From Macrostomum lignano (Eukaryota), in contig NIVC01000036.1 of NCBI GenBank assembly GCA_002269645.1, forward strand, positions 1 to 64,000: DNA of 64,000 nt, in the 5' to 3' direction. The translations under genes and the position numbers were made by a program. Below, piece by piece: positions 35,210-48,845 of this stretch. Within the stretch, counting starts at the first letter, position 1; every line of letters begins with the position of its first letter. The notes below the pieces were generated by a model. That model searched no databases. It saw only the letters and a list, made by a program, of their open reading frames with translations, and was not told where the DNA came from.

Positions 35210-35365
35210 ACCCTGAGATTCGTCACTTATCTCATCCTGAGATTCGTCACTTATCTCATCCTGAGATTCGTCACTTATCTCACCTTGAGATTCGTCACTT
35301 ATCTCACATTGAGATTCGTTACTTATCCACCTTGAGATTCGTCACTTTTCTCACCTTGAGATTCG
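35210..35365. repeat. 24-bp minisatellite in CCDC112 3' region
   Basis: Units of CTGAGATTCGTCACTTATCTCATC. Confidence 0.85.
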
Positions 35366-35869
35366 GCGTGACGTGTTCTAGGATTAAAAATAGCTTTTGA
35401 ATGAATCTTTGGTTCAAACTAGCGAGTTCATTCAGCTAACGTGTCAATGCATTGCTTAGCCAATAGGTCTTATATATGATCTTTGGTTTAGCCTTAATTT
35501 TTTTACCTTTCGTTGCCTTGGTTTATCATCACTCTTTACGATTTAAATTTCTACGAATAAAGTTAACGTTTATAAGTTTTCTGCCATTCCGTCCAATGAT
35601 AGTTATACTGTTGTCTTTGCTTACTTTGTAGTTCTTTTACAATTTAAATTTTTTAATTGTTGTTATTTACATGTGTGTAGCATAAAACTTAATACGCACA
35701 TATTTTTGCTGATGTACATGATGTATTTTCCAGATGCTGTGCATTCATTGAATGTTTATATTAACCATTTAAATTCCTGTAATTTATTTTACTTGTAACT
35801 TGCAACTAGAAATAAAAGTACAAGCTGCAATTTACGATGGTACAGAATTACTTTCACTAGTTCAAAAGT

Positions 35870-36120
35870 AACCCTTCCAATTCATTCATTCAACATTAAG
35901 ACCTCTCCAATTCATTCATTCACCATTAAGACCTCTCCAATTCATTCATTCACCATTACAACTATTCCAATTCAGTCCCTCGCCATTATGACCTCTCCAA
36001 TCGAGTCATTCGCCATTATGACCTTTCCAATCGAGTCATTCGCCATTATGACCACTCCAATTCAGTCATTCGCTATTATGACCACTCCAATTGAGTCATT
36101 AGCCATTATGACTATTCCTG
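35870..36120. repeat. ~30-bp minisatellite upstream of FAXDC2
   Basis: Units like CCAATTCAGTCATTCGCCATTATGACCTCT. Confidence 0.85.
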
Positions 36121-36191
36121 AAAATGATATATTTAATTAATCGTTAACTCTTATGCTTATGTAATTGCTGCATGCTCACATCTATCTTGCC

Positions 36192-37950
36192 ATGGAAACC
36201 GCTCGTCAAAAAGCCGTTGCTATGGTACCGCCGCGACGCCAATGGATAGACTCGGCCAAGAAGACGGCCTTCGTACTTGGCACCTCTCTAATCGTATTCG
36301 TGGCCGCTAGGAACACCGCCACGGATTTGTTGCAGCGCTTCTGGGCGCGTCCGGTAACTATTGGCAACAGGCATTCGATTGGACCTACGCAGCGTTCGGA
36401 TCCGACGATCGTTGCGCCTGGCTGTTCGGGACTTTAGCCATCACTGGCGTGGTCTACTGGGCCTTCAATCTGTTCCTCATGCTTCTGGACGTTTTTAATT
36501 GGCCGAAATTTCTATTGAAGTACAAAGTCCAACCGGATAAGAACGCCCCGATTGATAAGCGAATGCTGGCTAAAGCTGTAGCCACTGTTCTCTTCAACGA
36601 GTTTGTTGTAGCCCCTCCGTTTATGCTGCTAATGTTTGCTCTGTACAGTTGGCGGGGTGTCGCATTTAGCGGCGAATTGCCAACGTTTCAATGGGTTATC
36701 TTGGAGATTGCCGTGTTCTCTCTGACCGAGGAGGTGTTCTTTTATTATTCGCATCGGATGCTGCATCATCCTAGAATTTATCGGTGAGATTTTTCTCTTA
36801 TATATTGTCGCCAATTGTATTTAAATGTATTCAAGTAAGTAGCTTCTTTGAGTTCTTTGAGCTAGACAAGCTTAAATGTACATTGGCTAGTCAAGCTTGA
36901 ATGTACATTGGCTAGTCAATCTTAAATGTACATTGACTAGTCAAGCTTGAATGTACATTGGCTAGTCAAGCTTGAATGTACATTGGCTAGTCAAGCTTCA
37001 ATGTGCATTGACTAGTCAAGCTTGAATGTACATTGGCTAGTCAAGCTTGAATGTACATTGGCTAGTCAAGCTTGAATGTACATTGGCTAGTCAAGCTTCA
37101 ATGTGCATTGACTAGTCAAGCTTGAATGTACATTGGCTAGTCAAGCTTGAATGTACATTGGCTAGTCAAGCTTCAATGTGCATTGACTAGTCAAGCTTAA
37201 ATTTACATTGGCTAGTCAAGCTTAAATTTACATTGGCTAGTCAAGCTTGAATGTACATTGGCTAGTCAAGCTTAAATATACATTGACTAGTCAAGCTTTA
37301 ATGTACATTGACTAGTCAAGCTTGAATGTACATTGTCTAGTCAAGCTTTGGCTACATCGCTTAGCCTAACCTAAACGTACATTATCTGTCAACTTTATTA
37401 TCAAGTTGCCAGAACAAATTACCGGCTTACGAACTATATACCTCTCCTACCTGTCAACCAAACACCCAATAAAAACACCAGCTACGTGCACAAGATTCAC
37501 CACGAATGGACGGCTCCGATCGGCATAATCTCGTTGTACGCTCACCCAATTGAGCACGTGCTATCCAACCTACTGCCACCGTGCATGGGACCTCTGATCA
37601 TGGGCTCGCATCTGGGCACCATCTGGCTCTGGTTCTGCCTAGCCTTAGTATCGACCTCTATCTCTCACTGCGGCTATCACTTCCCTCTGCTGCCGTCGCC
37701 TGAGGCGCACGACTTTCATCATCTAAAATTTGTTAACAATTTCGGTGTGCTGGGCATTTTGGACAGTCTGCACGGCACGGATCGGCTGTTCCGGGCTAGC
37801 CGAGCCTATCAGCGGCACTTCCTGCTGCTTAGTCTGGTGCCTGTGAGGGAACTGTATCCCGACGGGGACAAGGCGATGAAGAAGGAGAAGCTGAACGAAA
37901 CGGATGCTGGGAAAGCCGGACTCGAAGATTCTTCCGGTGGAGAAGATTGA
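36192..37950 (+). CDS. FAXDC2: Fatty acid hydroxylase domain-containing 2; exons 36192-36783 and 37482-37950; one-base frameshift at 36343-36345
   Basis: TAFVLG, QRFW(G)ASG, FYYSHRMLH, HKIHHEW, HPIEH and HDFHH histidine boxes. Phase-2 GT-AG intron. Confidence 0.92.
36860..37350. repeat. 25-bp minisatellite in FAXDC2 intron
   Basis: Units of AGTCAAGCTTGAATGTACATTGGCT. Confidence 0.95.
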
Positions 37951-37989
37951 AATAAATATTCATTATTGTGTTATTCAGATTCGGTTCAA

Positions 37990-38960
37990 GTAACGGCTGA
38001 TCAACTGATTGACAGGTAGATTAGGTGATTGATTGACAGGTAAATTAGGTTATTGATTGACAGGTAGATTAGGTGATTGATTGACAGGTAGATTAGGTGA
38101 TTGATTGACAGGTAGATTAGGTTATTGATTGACAGGAGGATTAGGTTATTGATTGACAGGTAGATTAGGTTATTGATTGACAGGTAGATTAGGTGATTGA
38201 TTGACAGGTAGATTAGGTTATTGATTGACAGGTAGATTAGGTTATTGATTGACAGGTAGATTAGGTGATTGATTGACAGGTAGATTAGGTGATTGATTGA
38301 CAGGTAGATTAGGTTATTGATTGACAGGTAGATTAGGTTATTGATTGACAGGAGGATTAGGTTATTGATTGACAGGTAGATTAGGTTATTGATTGACAGG
38401 TAGATTAGGTGATTGATTGACAGGTAGATTAGGTGATTGATTGACAGGTAGATTAGGTTATTGATTGACAGGAGGATTAGGTTATTGATTGACAGGTAGA
38501 TTAGGTTATTGATTGACAGGAGGATTAGGTTATTGATTGACAGGTAGATTAGGTTATTGATTGACAGGAGGATTAGGTTATTGATTGACAGGTAGATTAG
38601 GTTATTGATTGACAGATGGATTAGGTTATTGATTGACAGATAGATTCGGTTATTAATTGACAGGTAGATTCGGTTATTGATTGACAGATGGATTAGGTTA
38701 TTGATTGACAGATGGATTAGGTTATTGATTGACAGATGGATTAGGTTATTGATTGACAGATGGATTAGGTTATTGATTGACAGATAGATTCGGTTACGAG
38801 TATTAATTGACAGGTAGATTGGGTTATTGATTGACAGTTGGATTAGGTGATTGATTGACAGGTGGATTACGTGATTGATTTACGTCGATTAGGTAATTGA
38901 TTTACAGGTAGATTAGGTAATTGATTGACAGGTAGATTACGTGAATGATTGATAGATAGA
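37990..38960. repeat. 24-bp minisatellite between FAXDC2 and SYF2
   Basis: Units of GATTGACAGGTAGATTAGGTTATT. Confidence 0.95.
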
Positions 38961-39684
38961 ACATTAACTATTTCTTTAATAGCTCGTATTGTCGTTATAC
39001 TTTTTCCTGTTATCTTTCGCAAGCAACAAACAAACAAACAAATTTTGCACCTTTGTAATTCTCAACTAAAGGAAGTCTCTTGTTTTGAATTTTTTGTTAA
39101 GTTTTTGATAATCTTTGTTATTGCAACAAAGCTTTAGCAAGGGCACCTGCAGACAGCTTGATTAGTATTATTTCTTCGAGTACAGCTTTAAAGTTTTCAA
39201 AAACTTGATTTTGTTTTCTCATTATTCACTGTTAAAATGAGTTCATTACTCAATTATTGTTAATAATATGTTGTTGGTGGTCTAGATTTTTTTTAGATTT
39301 TTTATTAATGTAAACGGTATGAGTAACATATGATTCTATAGATGACTCGTCATCTAAGTAGCACTTTTAGCAATACAGCCTTGTAGGTTCGGCTTTCAGT
39401 TTTGAAAAATAATCTATTAAATTTTTTGTTTTAATAATATAGTAACGAAATAGTTAATGTTTGCTTTAACTACTGTTGGTAAACAATGTTTCAGTAAATA
39501 TATCAGTTTTTCGCTACACAATTTTACAATAGTCTTGAGTATTTTTTCTTTTTAAGAAAGCCTAGATGTTGACAGCTTTTGTTAAAATCTAATTAGTTAC
39601 AATATTTAAATTTAAACTTCTCTATTTTTCAAAAATAATGCATGCAAGTAAACTTTAAAGTTGAAATATTTTGCCGACTCAATC

Positions 39685-42569
39685 ATGTTTCAACCGGCGT
39701 CCACCTCGACGTCCGCAATGTCTAAAGAGGACAAAATAAAGAAGCTGCGGGAGCTGACGGCTAAGAGGGTAAGCTGGTCGAATTATTGTTGTTTATTATA
39801 TGTTTTATTAGTAATTCACTGCTACTGTTCATATAGTCTGTTCCCGAACCTTCAGACTGTGTGTTCCCGAACCTTCAGACTGTGTGTTCCCAAACCTTCA
39901 GGCTGTGTGTTCCCGAACCTTCAGACTGTGTGTTCCCGAACCTTCAGGCTGTGTGTTCCCGAACCTTCAGGCTGTGTGTTCCCGAACCTTCAGGCTGTGT
40001 GTTCCCGAACCTTCAGGCTGTGTGTTCCCGAACCTTCAGGCTGTGTGTTCCCGAACCTTCAGACTGTGTGTTCCCAAACCTTCAGGCTGTGTGTTCCCGA
40101 ACCTTCAGGCTGTGTGTTCCCGAACCTTCAGGCTGTGTGTTCCCGAACCTTCAGGCTGTGTGTTCCCGAACCTTCAGGCTGTGTGTTCCCGAACCTTCAG
40201 GCTGTGTGTTCCCGAACCTTCAGGCTGTGTGTTCCCGAACCTTCAGGAGTGTGTTCCCAAAACTTCAGGCTGTGTTTCCAAACCTTCAGTCTGTGTGTTC
40301 CCAAAACTTCAGCCTGTGTTCCCAAACCTTCAAGCTGTGTGTAAGTGTGTTCCCAAACCTTCAGGCTGTGTGTTCCCGAACCTTCAGGAGTGTGTTCCCA
40401 AAACTTCAGGCTGTGTTTCCAAACCTTCAGTCTGTGTGTTCCCAAACCTTCAGGCTGTGTGTTCCCGAACCTTCAGCCTGTGTGTTCCCAAAACTTCAGC
40501 CTGTGTGTTCCCAAGCCTTCAAGCTGTGTGTAAGTGTGTTCCCAAACCTTCAGGCTGTGTGTTCCCGAACCTTCAGGAGTGTGTTCCCAAAACTTCAGGC
40601 TGTGTTTCCAAACCTTCAGCCTGTGTGTTCCCAAACCTTCAGGCTGTGTGTAAGTGTGTTCCCAAACCTTCAGGCTGTGTGTTCCCGAACCTTCAGGCTG
40701 TGTGTTCCCGAACCTTCAGGCTGTGTGTTCCCGAACCTTCAGGCTGTGTGTTCCCGAACCTTCAGGCTGTGTGTTCCCGAACCTTCAGGCTGTATCTGAG
40801 TATCTCCAATCTTCAAGTGGTATTTTTTTAGCTTGGACTTGTAAAAATTTCATAAACTAATATTTTCATTTCAAAAACTCCCTCACCATGCTTATTCAGC
40901 AAGACGCCTGCAAGCAAAACCACCAGGAGGTGGTGGCGGAGGACAAGCGCAGAGCCCTGCCGACCAACTGGGAGCACAAAAGGCGTCGACTTGAATGGGA
41001 AGAGAAAGACGACCAGTTTAAACAGGTTTGTCCTATTGATCTGCTTTGCTGAGTTGGGATTAGCTACTTTCAGTAGAGTAGATAACATTTTGGATTAGCT
41101 ACTTTAAGTAGAGTAAATAGGATTAGCTACTTTAGGTAGAGTAAATAGGATTAGCTACTTTAAGTAGAGTAAATAGGATTAGCTACTTTAAGTAGAGTGA
41201 ATAGGATTAGCTACTTTAAGTAGAGTAAATAGGATTAGCTACTTTCAGTAGAGTAAATAGGATTAGCTACTTTAAGTAGAGTAAATAGGATTAGCTACTT
41301 TCAGTAGAGTAAATAGGATTAGCTACTTTAAGTAGAGTAAATAGGATTAGCTACTTTCAGTAGAGTAAATAGGATTAGCTACTTTAAGTAGAGTAAATAG
41401 GATTAGCTACTTTAGGTAGAGTAAATAATATTTGGGATAGGCTACTTTAAGTAGAGTAAATAATATTTGGGATAGGCTACTTTAAGTAGAGTAAATAATA
41501 TTTGGGATAGGCTACTTTAAGTAGAGTAAATAATATTTGGAATTGGCTACTTTAAGTAGAGTAAATAATATTTGGAATTGGCTACTTTAAGTAGAGTAAA
41601 TAATATTTGGAATTGGCTACTTTAAGTAGAGTAAATAATATTTGGAATTGGCTACTTTAAGTAGAGTAAATAGGATTAGCTACTTTAAGTAGAGTTAATA
41701 ACATTTGGGATTGGCTACTTTAAGTAGAGTAAATAAGATTAGCTACTTTAAGTAGAGTTAATAACATTTGGGAACAGCTACTTTATGTAGAGTAAATACT
41801 TACTTATACTTAAGTACAAATGTACATAAATACCGAACTGTCGAGTGTTCAACAATAGCCATGAAATTTACTAAGAAGGGGCCACCTATTGAAGGATGTC
41901 GATAGCTTCTGGATGTCTTGAACAGAGAGAGCTGAGGGCTTGATTTTTAGTATAGTGATGAATTTATTCAGAAACCTTAACGCTTATTTCAACATTATTT
42001 TCATTATTATATTCATACTTATGAATAATGTCGAAGCATATATTATAGTTGCTAAGCCATTAAGGGGTTTTCGATTTTTCAAATTAGAGTATGCTTGGGC
42101 TGGCCTCGTTAGACTAGAGCTCTGCACTCCGTCTCTCTTTTCGTCATGTTGTCGTCAGCAGTCGCGGAAATGCATTTATGTATTTCATATTGAGCTTGTG
42201 GCGAGCTGCCAGCATTACTTGATAAACTGATTGTCGCTTCTTCGCTTACACTCCTCCTCCACGGAGCACTTTTTTATCAGTTTGCATCAGTTCTGTTTAA
42301 GCGCTTGGTACACATTAATGTATGTAGATTTTTTATTTTCGAATGTATCGTATCTGTGCGGTCATGGAGCAGTTCAGCGGTGAATGCGTCTGATTCTCGA
42401 CTTCTTGGTTCGATTCTTGGCCCAGGGGGTTATCGTGCGATTCAACCCTGAGGGCCAACCCCCAAGGCACTGAGAGTGTACATGCCAGACGATTGGAAAG
42501 GCAAGGGTCGCTGTACACCCTTACAAATGGATAGATTAATCTATATATTGATAAATAGATAGACAGATG

Positions 42570-42616
<47 letters not shown>

Positions 42617-42644
42617 GGATAGATCGATAGACAGATGGATAGAT

Positions 42645-42716
<72 letters not shown>

Positions 42717-42717
42717 C

Positions 42718-42752
<35 letters not shown>

Positions 42753-42784
42753 CGATAGACAGATGGATAGATAGAAAGATAGAT

Positions 42785-42851
<67 letters not shown>

Positions 42852-42911
42852 CAGATAGATAGATAGATAGATAGATAGACAGATAGATAGATCGATAGAT
42901 AGAAAGATGGA

Positions 42912-42991
<80 letters not shown>

Positions 42992-43032
42992 CAGATAGAT
43001 AGATAGATGAATAGATAGATAGACAGACAGAC

Positions 43033-43108
<76 letters not shown>

Positions 43109-43152
43109 CGATAGACAGATGGATAGATAGAAAGATAGATAGATAGATAGAT

Positions 43153-43203
<51 letters not shown>

Positions 43204-43272
43204 CAGACAGATGGATAGATAGATAGATAGATCGATAGACAGATGGATAGATAGAAAGATAGATAGATAGAT

Positions 43273-43327
<55 letters not shown>

Positions 43328-43335
43328 CAGATGGA

Positions 43336-43367
<32 letters not shown>

Positions 43368-43947
43368 TGGATAGATAGACAGTTTAAGGCTTATTTGACC
43401 CTACAAGACAGTCTCTCACAGTACAGAAGGAACTCAAAAAGCCAACTATTCCCATCGCCAATTCCAGGACTGCGAGTCCAAAGGCCATGACCATCGCCGG
43501 ATGCGCCTCTTGGAGGTCGGCGCCGAGACGGCGGACAAGCTGGACACGCGCCGACGCCGCAAGGCCAACCCGGACACCGGCTTCGCCACCTTCGAGGCGG
43601 CCAGCAGCCGCAAGTACCAGACCCTGTGCCGGCAGCTCAAGCCGGACATGCGGGCCTACGCCGAGGAGAAAGCTCGCATGGGCGAGGATCGCTTTTATCC
43701 CACTTCGTCTACTCTGGGCGTAGCCGATCGCAAAGACGATCCTCAGGCTGTGGAGCGCATGTCTCAGGATGTGAAGCAGCAGGTTGAAAAGCGCAAGAAA
43801 TACTCGCGCAGGCGCGCCTTCGACGAGGACGCCGATGTGGATTACATTAACGACCAGAATATGCGCTACAATCGCAAGCTGGAGCGGGCGTTCGGACATT
43901 ACACGGCCGAGATCAAGCAGAATCTGGAGAGGGGTACCGCCATCTGA
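39685..43947 (+). CDS. SYF2: Pre-mRNA splicing factor SYF2; exons 39685-39768, 40900-41025, 43468-43947
   Basis: [54 protein letters not shown]. Both introns are phase-0 GT-AG. Confidence 0.95.
39838..40795. repeat. 23-bp minisatellite in SYF2 intron 1
   Basis: Units of GTGTTCCCGAACCTTCAGGCTGT, with a higher-order variant block repeated. Confidence 0.95.
41050..41790. repeat. 28/35-bp minisatellite in SYF2 intron 2
   Basis: TAGGATTAGCTACTTTAAGTAGAGTAAA plus a longer variant. Confidence 0.92.
42357..42520 (+). mobile_element. Diverged SINE related to family A
   Basis: B-box GGTTCGATTCT and the core GGCCAACCCCCAAGGC...AGTGTACATGCC..ACGAT shared with family A. Confidence 0.65.
42530..43385. 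repeat. (GATA)n/(GACA)n microsatellite
   Basis: Direct inspection. Confidence 0.97.
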
Positions 43948-43994
43948 AGTTGCTGCTGGCCGACTGACTGTTACTGACTGATCTTTGCTTTTAT

Positions 43995-45765
43995 GTGTCT
44001 GTATTAGAGGCCGTATAGGTCATTGGCGTCATATTGGTGTCAAGTGCTGGTTCTAGGGTCATGACCTCAATTAGATTAGAGGTCATATTGGTCATTGGCG
44101 TCATATTGGTGTCAAGTGCTAGATCTAGGGTCATGACCTCAATTAGATTAGAGGTCATATGGTTCATTGGCGTCATATTGGTGTCAAGTGCTAGATCTAG
44201 GGTCATGACCTCAATTCGATCAGAGGCCATATTGGTCATTGTCGTCATATTGGTGTCAAGTGCTAGATCTAGGGTCATGACCTCAATTAGATTAGAGGCC
44301 GTATTGGTCATTGGCGTCATATTGGAGTCAAGTGCTGGATCTAGGGTCATGACCTCAATTCGATCAGAGGCCATATTGGTCATTGTCGTCATATTGGTGT
44401 CAAGTGCTAGATCTAGGGTCATGACCTCAATTAGATTTAGAGGTCATATTGGTCATTGTCGTCATATTGGTGTCAAGTGCTAGATCTAGGGTCATGACCT
44501 CAATTAGATTAGAGGTCATATTGGTCATTGGCGTCATATTGGTGTCAAGTGCTAGATCTAGGGTCATGACCTCAATTAGATTTAGATTTAGAGGTCATAT
44601 TGGTCATTGGCGTCATATTGGTGTCAGGTGCTAGATCTAGGGTCATGACCTCAATTAGATTTAGAGGTCATATTGGTCATAGGCGTCATATTGGTCATAG
44701 GCGTCATATTGGTGTCAAGTGCTAGATCTAGGGTCATGACCTCAATTAGATTTAGAGGTCATATTGGTCATAGGCGTCATATTGGTGTCAAGTGCTAGAT
44801 CTAGGGTCATGACCTCAATTAGATTAGAGGTCATATTGGTCATAGGCGTCATATTGGTGTCAAGTGCTAGATCTAGGGTCATGACCTCAATTAGATTAGA
44901 GGCCGTATTGGTCATTGGCGTCATATTGGAGTCAAGTGCTGGATCTAGGGTCATGACCTCAATTCGATCAGAGGCCATATTGGTCATTGTCGTCATATTG
45001 GTGTCAAGTGCTAGATCTAGGGTCATGACCTCAATTAGATTTAGAGGTCATATTGGTCATTGTCGTCATATTGGTGTCAAGTGCTAGATCTAGGGTCATG
45101 ACCTCAATTAGATTTAGAGGTCATATTGGTCATTGGCGTCATATTGGTGTCAAGTGCTAGATCTAGGGTCATGACCTCAATTAGATTTAGATTTAGAGGT
45201 CATATTGGTCATTGGCGTCATATTGGTGTCAGGTGCTAGATCTAGGGTCATGACCTCAATTAGATTTAGAGGTCATATTGGTCATAGGCGTCATATTGGT
45301 GTCAAGTGCTAGATCTAGGGTCATGACCTCAATTAGATTTAGAGGTCATATTGGTCATAGGCGTCATATTGGTGTCAAGTGCTAGATCTAGGGTCATGAC
45401 CTCAATTAGATTAGAGGTCATATTGGTCATAGGCGTCATATTGGTGTCAAGTGCTAGATCTAGGGTCATGACCTCAATTAGATTAGAGGTCATATGGTTC
45501 ATTGGCGTCATATTGGTGTCAAGTGCTAGATCTAGGGTCATGACCTCAATTAGATTAGAGGTCATATTGGTCATTGGCGTCATATTGGTGTCAAGTGCTA
45601 GATCTAGGGTCATGACCTCAATTAGATTAGAGGTCATATGGTTCATTGGCGTCATATTGGTGTCAAGTGCTAGATCTAGGGTCATGACCTCAATTAGATT
45701 AGAGGTCATATTGGTCATTGGCGTCATATTGGTGTCAAGTTCTAGATCTAGGGTCATGACGTCAT
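43995..45765. repeat. 72/73-bp minisatellite downstream of SYF2
   Basis: 24-aa periodicity in the ORF track; about 24 units. Confidence 0.95.
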
Positions 45766-46229
45766 ATAAAGTGAGTCATGCGATATAGCTGTCGGATGAC
45801 CTATACAGTTTCAAGTACTCTATTATGTACATATATGTATTCTCCGCAAATTAAATACATTAATAATAAATTCACTAATCAATATACTATGCAGTCTTGT
45901 ATATGTACCGTTAAGGTTATTCGCCCTAAATTTCAGCCAGAGAAGTTTTTGTTTATACGCAAGTATTTTTTTGAGTTTATTCATTTTCTGGTTTGGTACT
46001 CTGCACTGAGCGAGAAATCTGTCAGACCGTTGTGTTTTGAAAGCGGGGCATCAATGATTCACAGGATTTGCCAGCTGCCACCGTGTCTAAAGTCTTATTC
46101 TATTCTAGCAATTAGATCTGAATCATTTTATGCTGGTAGATTAACAAGACAAAATAGGTTTTAAGATGGCTTGGATTTTAGGCTGCCGTGTCATCCAGCA
46201 GCTTCTTGAATACCGAAGGGCCCCTTAGC

Positions 46230-46650
46230 AACGTCTTATTAGAATCTTCCTTTAAGAGCGGTTTCTTAGAATGACACCGTAGAAACGGTTTCTTAGAATT
46301 GCCCCTTAGCACCCGTTTCTTAGAATCGCTCCTTAGGAAGGTTTCTTAGAATGGCTCCTTAGCAACGGTTTCTTAGAATGGCTCCTTAGCAACGGTTTCT
46401 TAGAATGGCCCCTTAGCACCGGTTTCTTAGAATCGCTCCTTCTTAGAATGGCTCCTTAGCAACGGTTTCTTAGAATGGCTCCTTAGCACTGGTGTCTTAG
46501 AAGGGCTCCTTAGCACCGGTTTCTTAGAAGGGCTCCGTAGCACCGGTTTCTTAGAAGGGCTCCTTGGCACCGGTTTCTTAGAAGGGCTCCGTAGCACCGG
46601 TTTTTTAGAATCGCTACTTAGGAAGGTTTCTTAGAATGGCTCCTTAGAAA
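46230..46650. repeat. ~27-bp minisatellite
   Basis: Units like TTAGCAACGGTTTCTTAGAATGGCTCC. Confidence 0.88.
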
Positions 46651-47499
46651 TGGTTTCTTTCAATGACAATTTCTTAGAAGCGATTGGTTTTTCAGAGTCT
46701 AGTAATCCTGAATAGTTTTAGCTTTGCATTTGAAATCACATCGAATACAAGTAGTTACTATAGCATTATATGCGCTGTCATCTAGTTGCAGTATATAATT
46801 ATTAATCTGTACACGCAGTCTGTGGACTCTTTGGAATTCATCGTAATTATAGCTCAATTATCTGATAGGCCATGACTCTGCAAAACTTATAATTACCCCT
46901 GACAAATGCCTTGCAGCCGATTCAGTTTAGTCCTGTAGCCATTTCTCTCTGACTAAAGTCTAGAAAAAAAATTTTTGCTACAGCTGCGTCTATAGGGAAC
47001 ATAAAAATCAATAATATCTTAGCTGGAGGGTAGAGCTGATGCTGTTAGAGGTGAGTTAGCACAGGAGTACGGGGTGCAGCTCTGGCTGTACATTATTTGA
47101 CAGCTCCACCAGCCTCCATGTAGCAAGGCTCCGTCCGTAATGTGTTGCATTTGGCTACTGGGTTAATTATTTAACACAGCTAGCTGTAGCACCCGCCGTA
47201 CAGGCGTTGTGTCCTGTAAAACAGATGTTGAGAAATTTATGCCTGCATGTGTGTGGGGCGGCTGTGTTCCTATGCTAGTGAGTAAATGAACCTCTGCAGT
47301 TTGATTGAGTGTGTGGGATTATACGTCGTAGTTGAATGTATTAGAGTACTTTTGTTATAGTCAACTCTTAGTCTGCAGAGCTGCTTGTACAATAATTCAA
47401 TGGAAACAGCAAAAATCAAAAGCTTAACTAATGACGAGGGATTAAAGGGTGATTAAAGAGAGGTGGAAGGCGACGTTAAAAGGAAAGATAAGTAAAAGG

Positions 47500-47905
47500 G
47501 AGAGGGGAGATAAGGAACTGAAGCGAGAGGGAGATAAGGAATTGAAGCGAGAGGGAGATAAGGAACTGAAGCGAGAGGGAGATAAGGAACTGAAGTGAGA
47601 GGGACATAAGGAATTGAAGCGAGAGGGAGATAAGGAATTGAAGCGAGAGGGAGATAAGGAATTGAAGCGAGAGGGAGATAAGGAACTGAAGTGAGAGGGA
47701 CATAAGGAATTGAAGCGAGAGGGAGATAAGGAACTGAAGCGAGAGGGAGATAAGGAATTGAAAGGAGAGGGAGATAAGGAATTGAAAGGAGAGGGAGATA
47801 AGGAATTGAAAGGAGAGGGAGATAAGGAATTGAAAGGAGAGGGAGATAAGGAATTGAAAGGAGAGGGAGATAAGGAATTGAAAGGAGAGGGAGATAAGGA
47901 ATTGA
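47500..47905. repeat. 24-bp purine-rich minisatellite
   Basis: Units of GAGAGGGAGATAAGGAATTGAAGC. Confidence 0.95.
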
Positions 47906-48549
47906 AGAGCAGCGATGAGAAATGGGATTGGCATCAGTGTGAGATAAGAACACGGGAAGGCTAGCCAAGACACTAGGTAGGCAGATAGGCAGGTCCATTG
48001 GAGACTCAAATTGCTTGGAGAGGGAGAGCACGGAATCTTTGAAGTGTAGTCTTTAAACTACTTACTATTATTATTATTAACTACAGACGCAGTGCAGGCC
48101 TCGGGTGGGGGGGGACGTAGAGACGGGGTCAAGTGACTTTAAAGACTGGAGTTTTTTCATCAATCCACTGTCGCACTTTGAGCCCGCTGAAGCGTATACT
48201 GCCAGCTTTACTCCCTATACGAGTTCCCCATCCAGTGAAGGAGATCGTTAATTTGATTGATCTTCTCCCAGTTCCACTCGGCCAGGCCTCCGCCCCGTTC
48301 TTTTTCCCCGAGATGTGGGCTGGATTGGTTTAGGCTGCTTAGGGGATATAAGAGGATATGAAATAGGAATTCTGGGAATTGAAAAAAGATATCCATGGGA
48401 TTGAAGTAAGTCGCTTCGCCTATTCTTTGGCTGGGGGATTAGTCTGCTGCAACGGTGCCACCCGCTTCGAACTGTTGCTAGGGCCAGTTGGAGATTTGGG
48501 CGCTGCGCCTGAACCGCTGCCTGTGGGTTTGGGTCCAACTGCGTCTGTC

Positions 48550-48601
48550 CGTCGGTCTGTCTGTCTGTCTGTCTCAATCTGTCTGCCCGTCCGTCTGTCT
48601 G

Positions 48602-48652
<51 letters not shown>

Positions 48653-48759
48653 GTCTGTCTGTCTGTCTGTCTGTGTGTCTTTCTGTCTGTCTGTCTGTCT
48701 CTGTCTGTCTCTGTCTGTCTGTCTGTCTGTCTGTGTGTCTGTCTGTCTGTCTGTCTGTC

Positions 48760-48792
<33 letters not shown>

Positions 48793-48845
48793 GTGTCTGT
48801 CTGTCTGTCTGTCTCTGTCAATCTGTTTGCATGTGTCTGTCCGTC
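48550..48845. repeat. (GTCT)n microsatellite
   Basis: Direct inspection. Confidence 0.95.

Noticed and set aside
14861-36345. Programmed frameshifting in XRCC4, OAF and FAXDC2
   Set aside because: No slippery heptamers or stimulatory structures seen. All three are one-base homopolymer losses typical of sequencing error.
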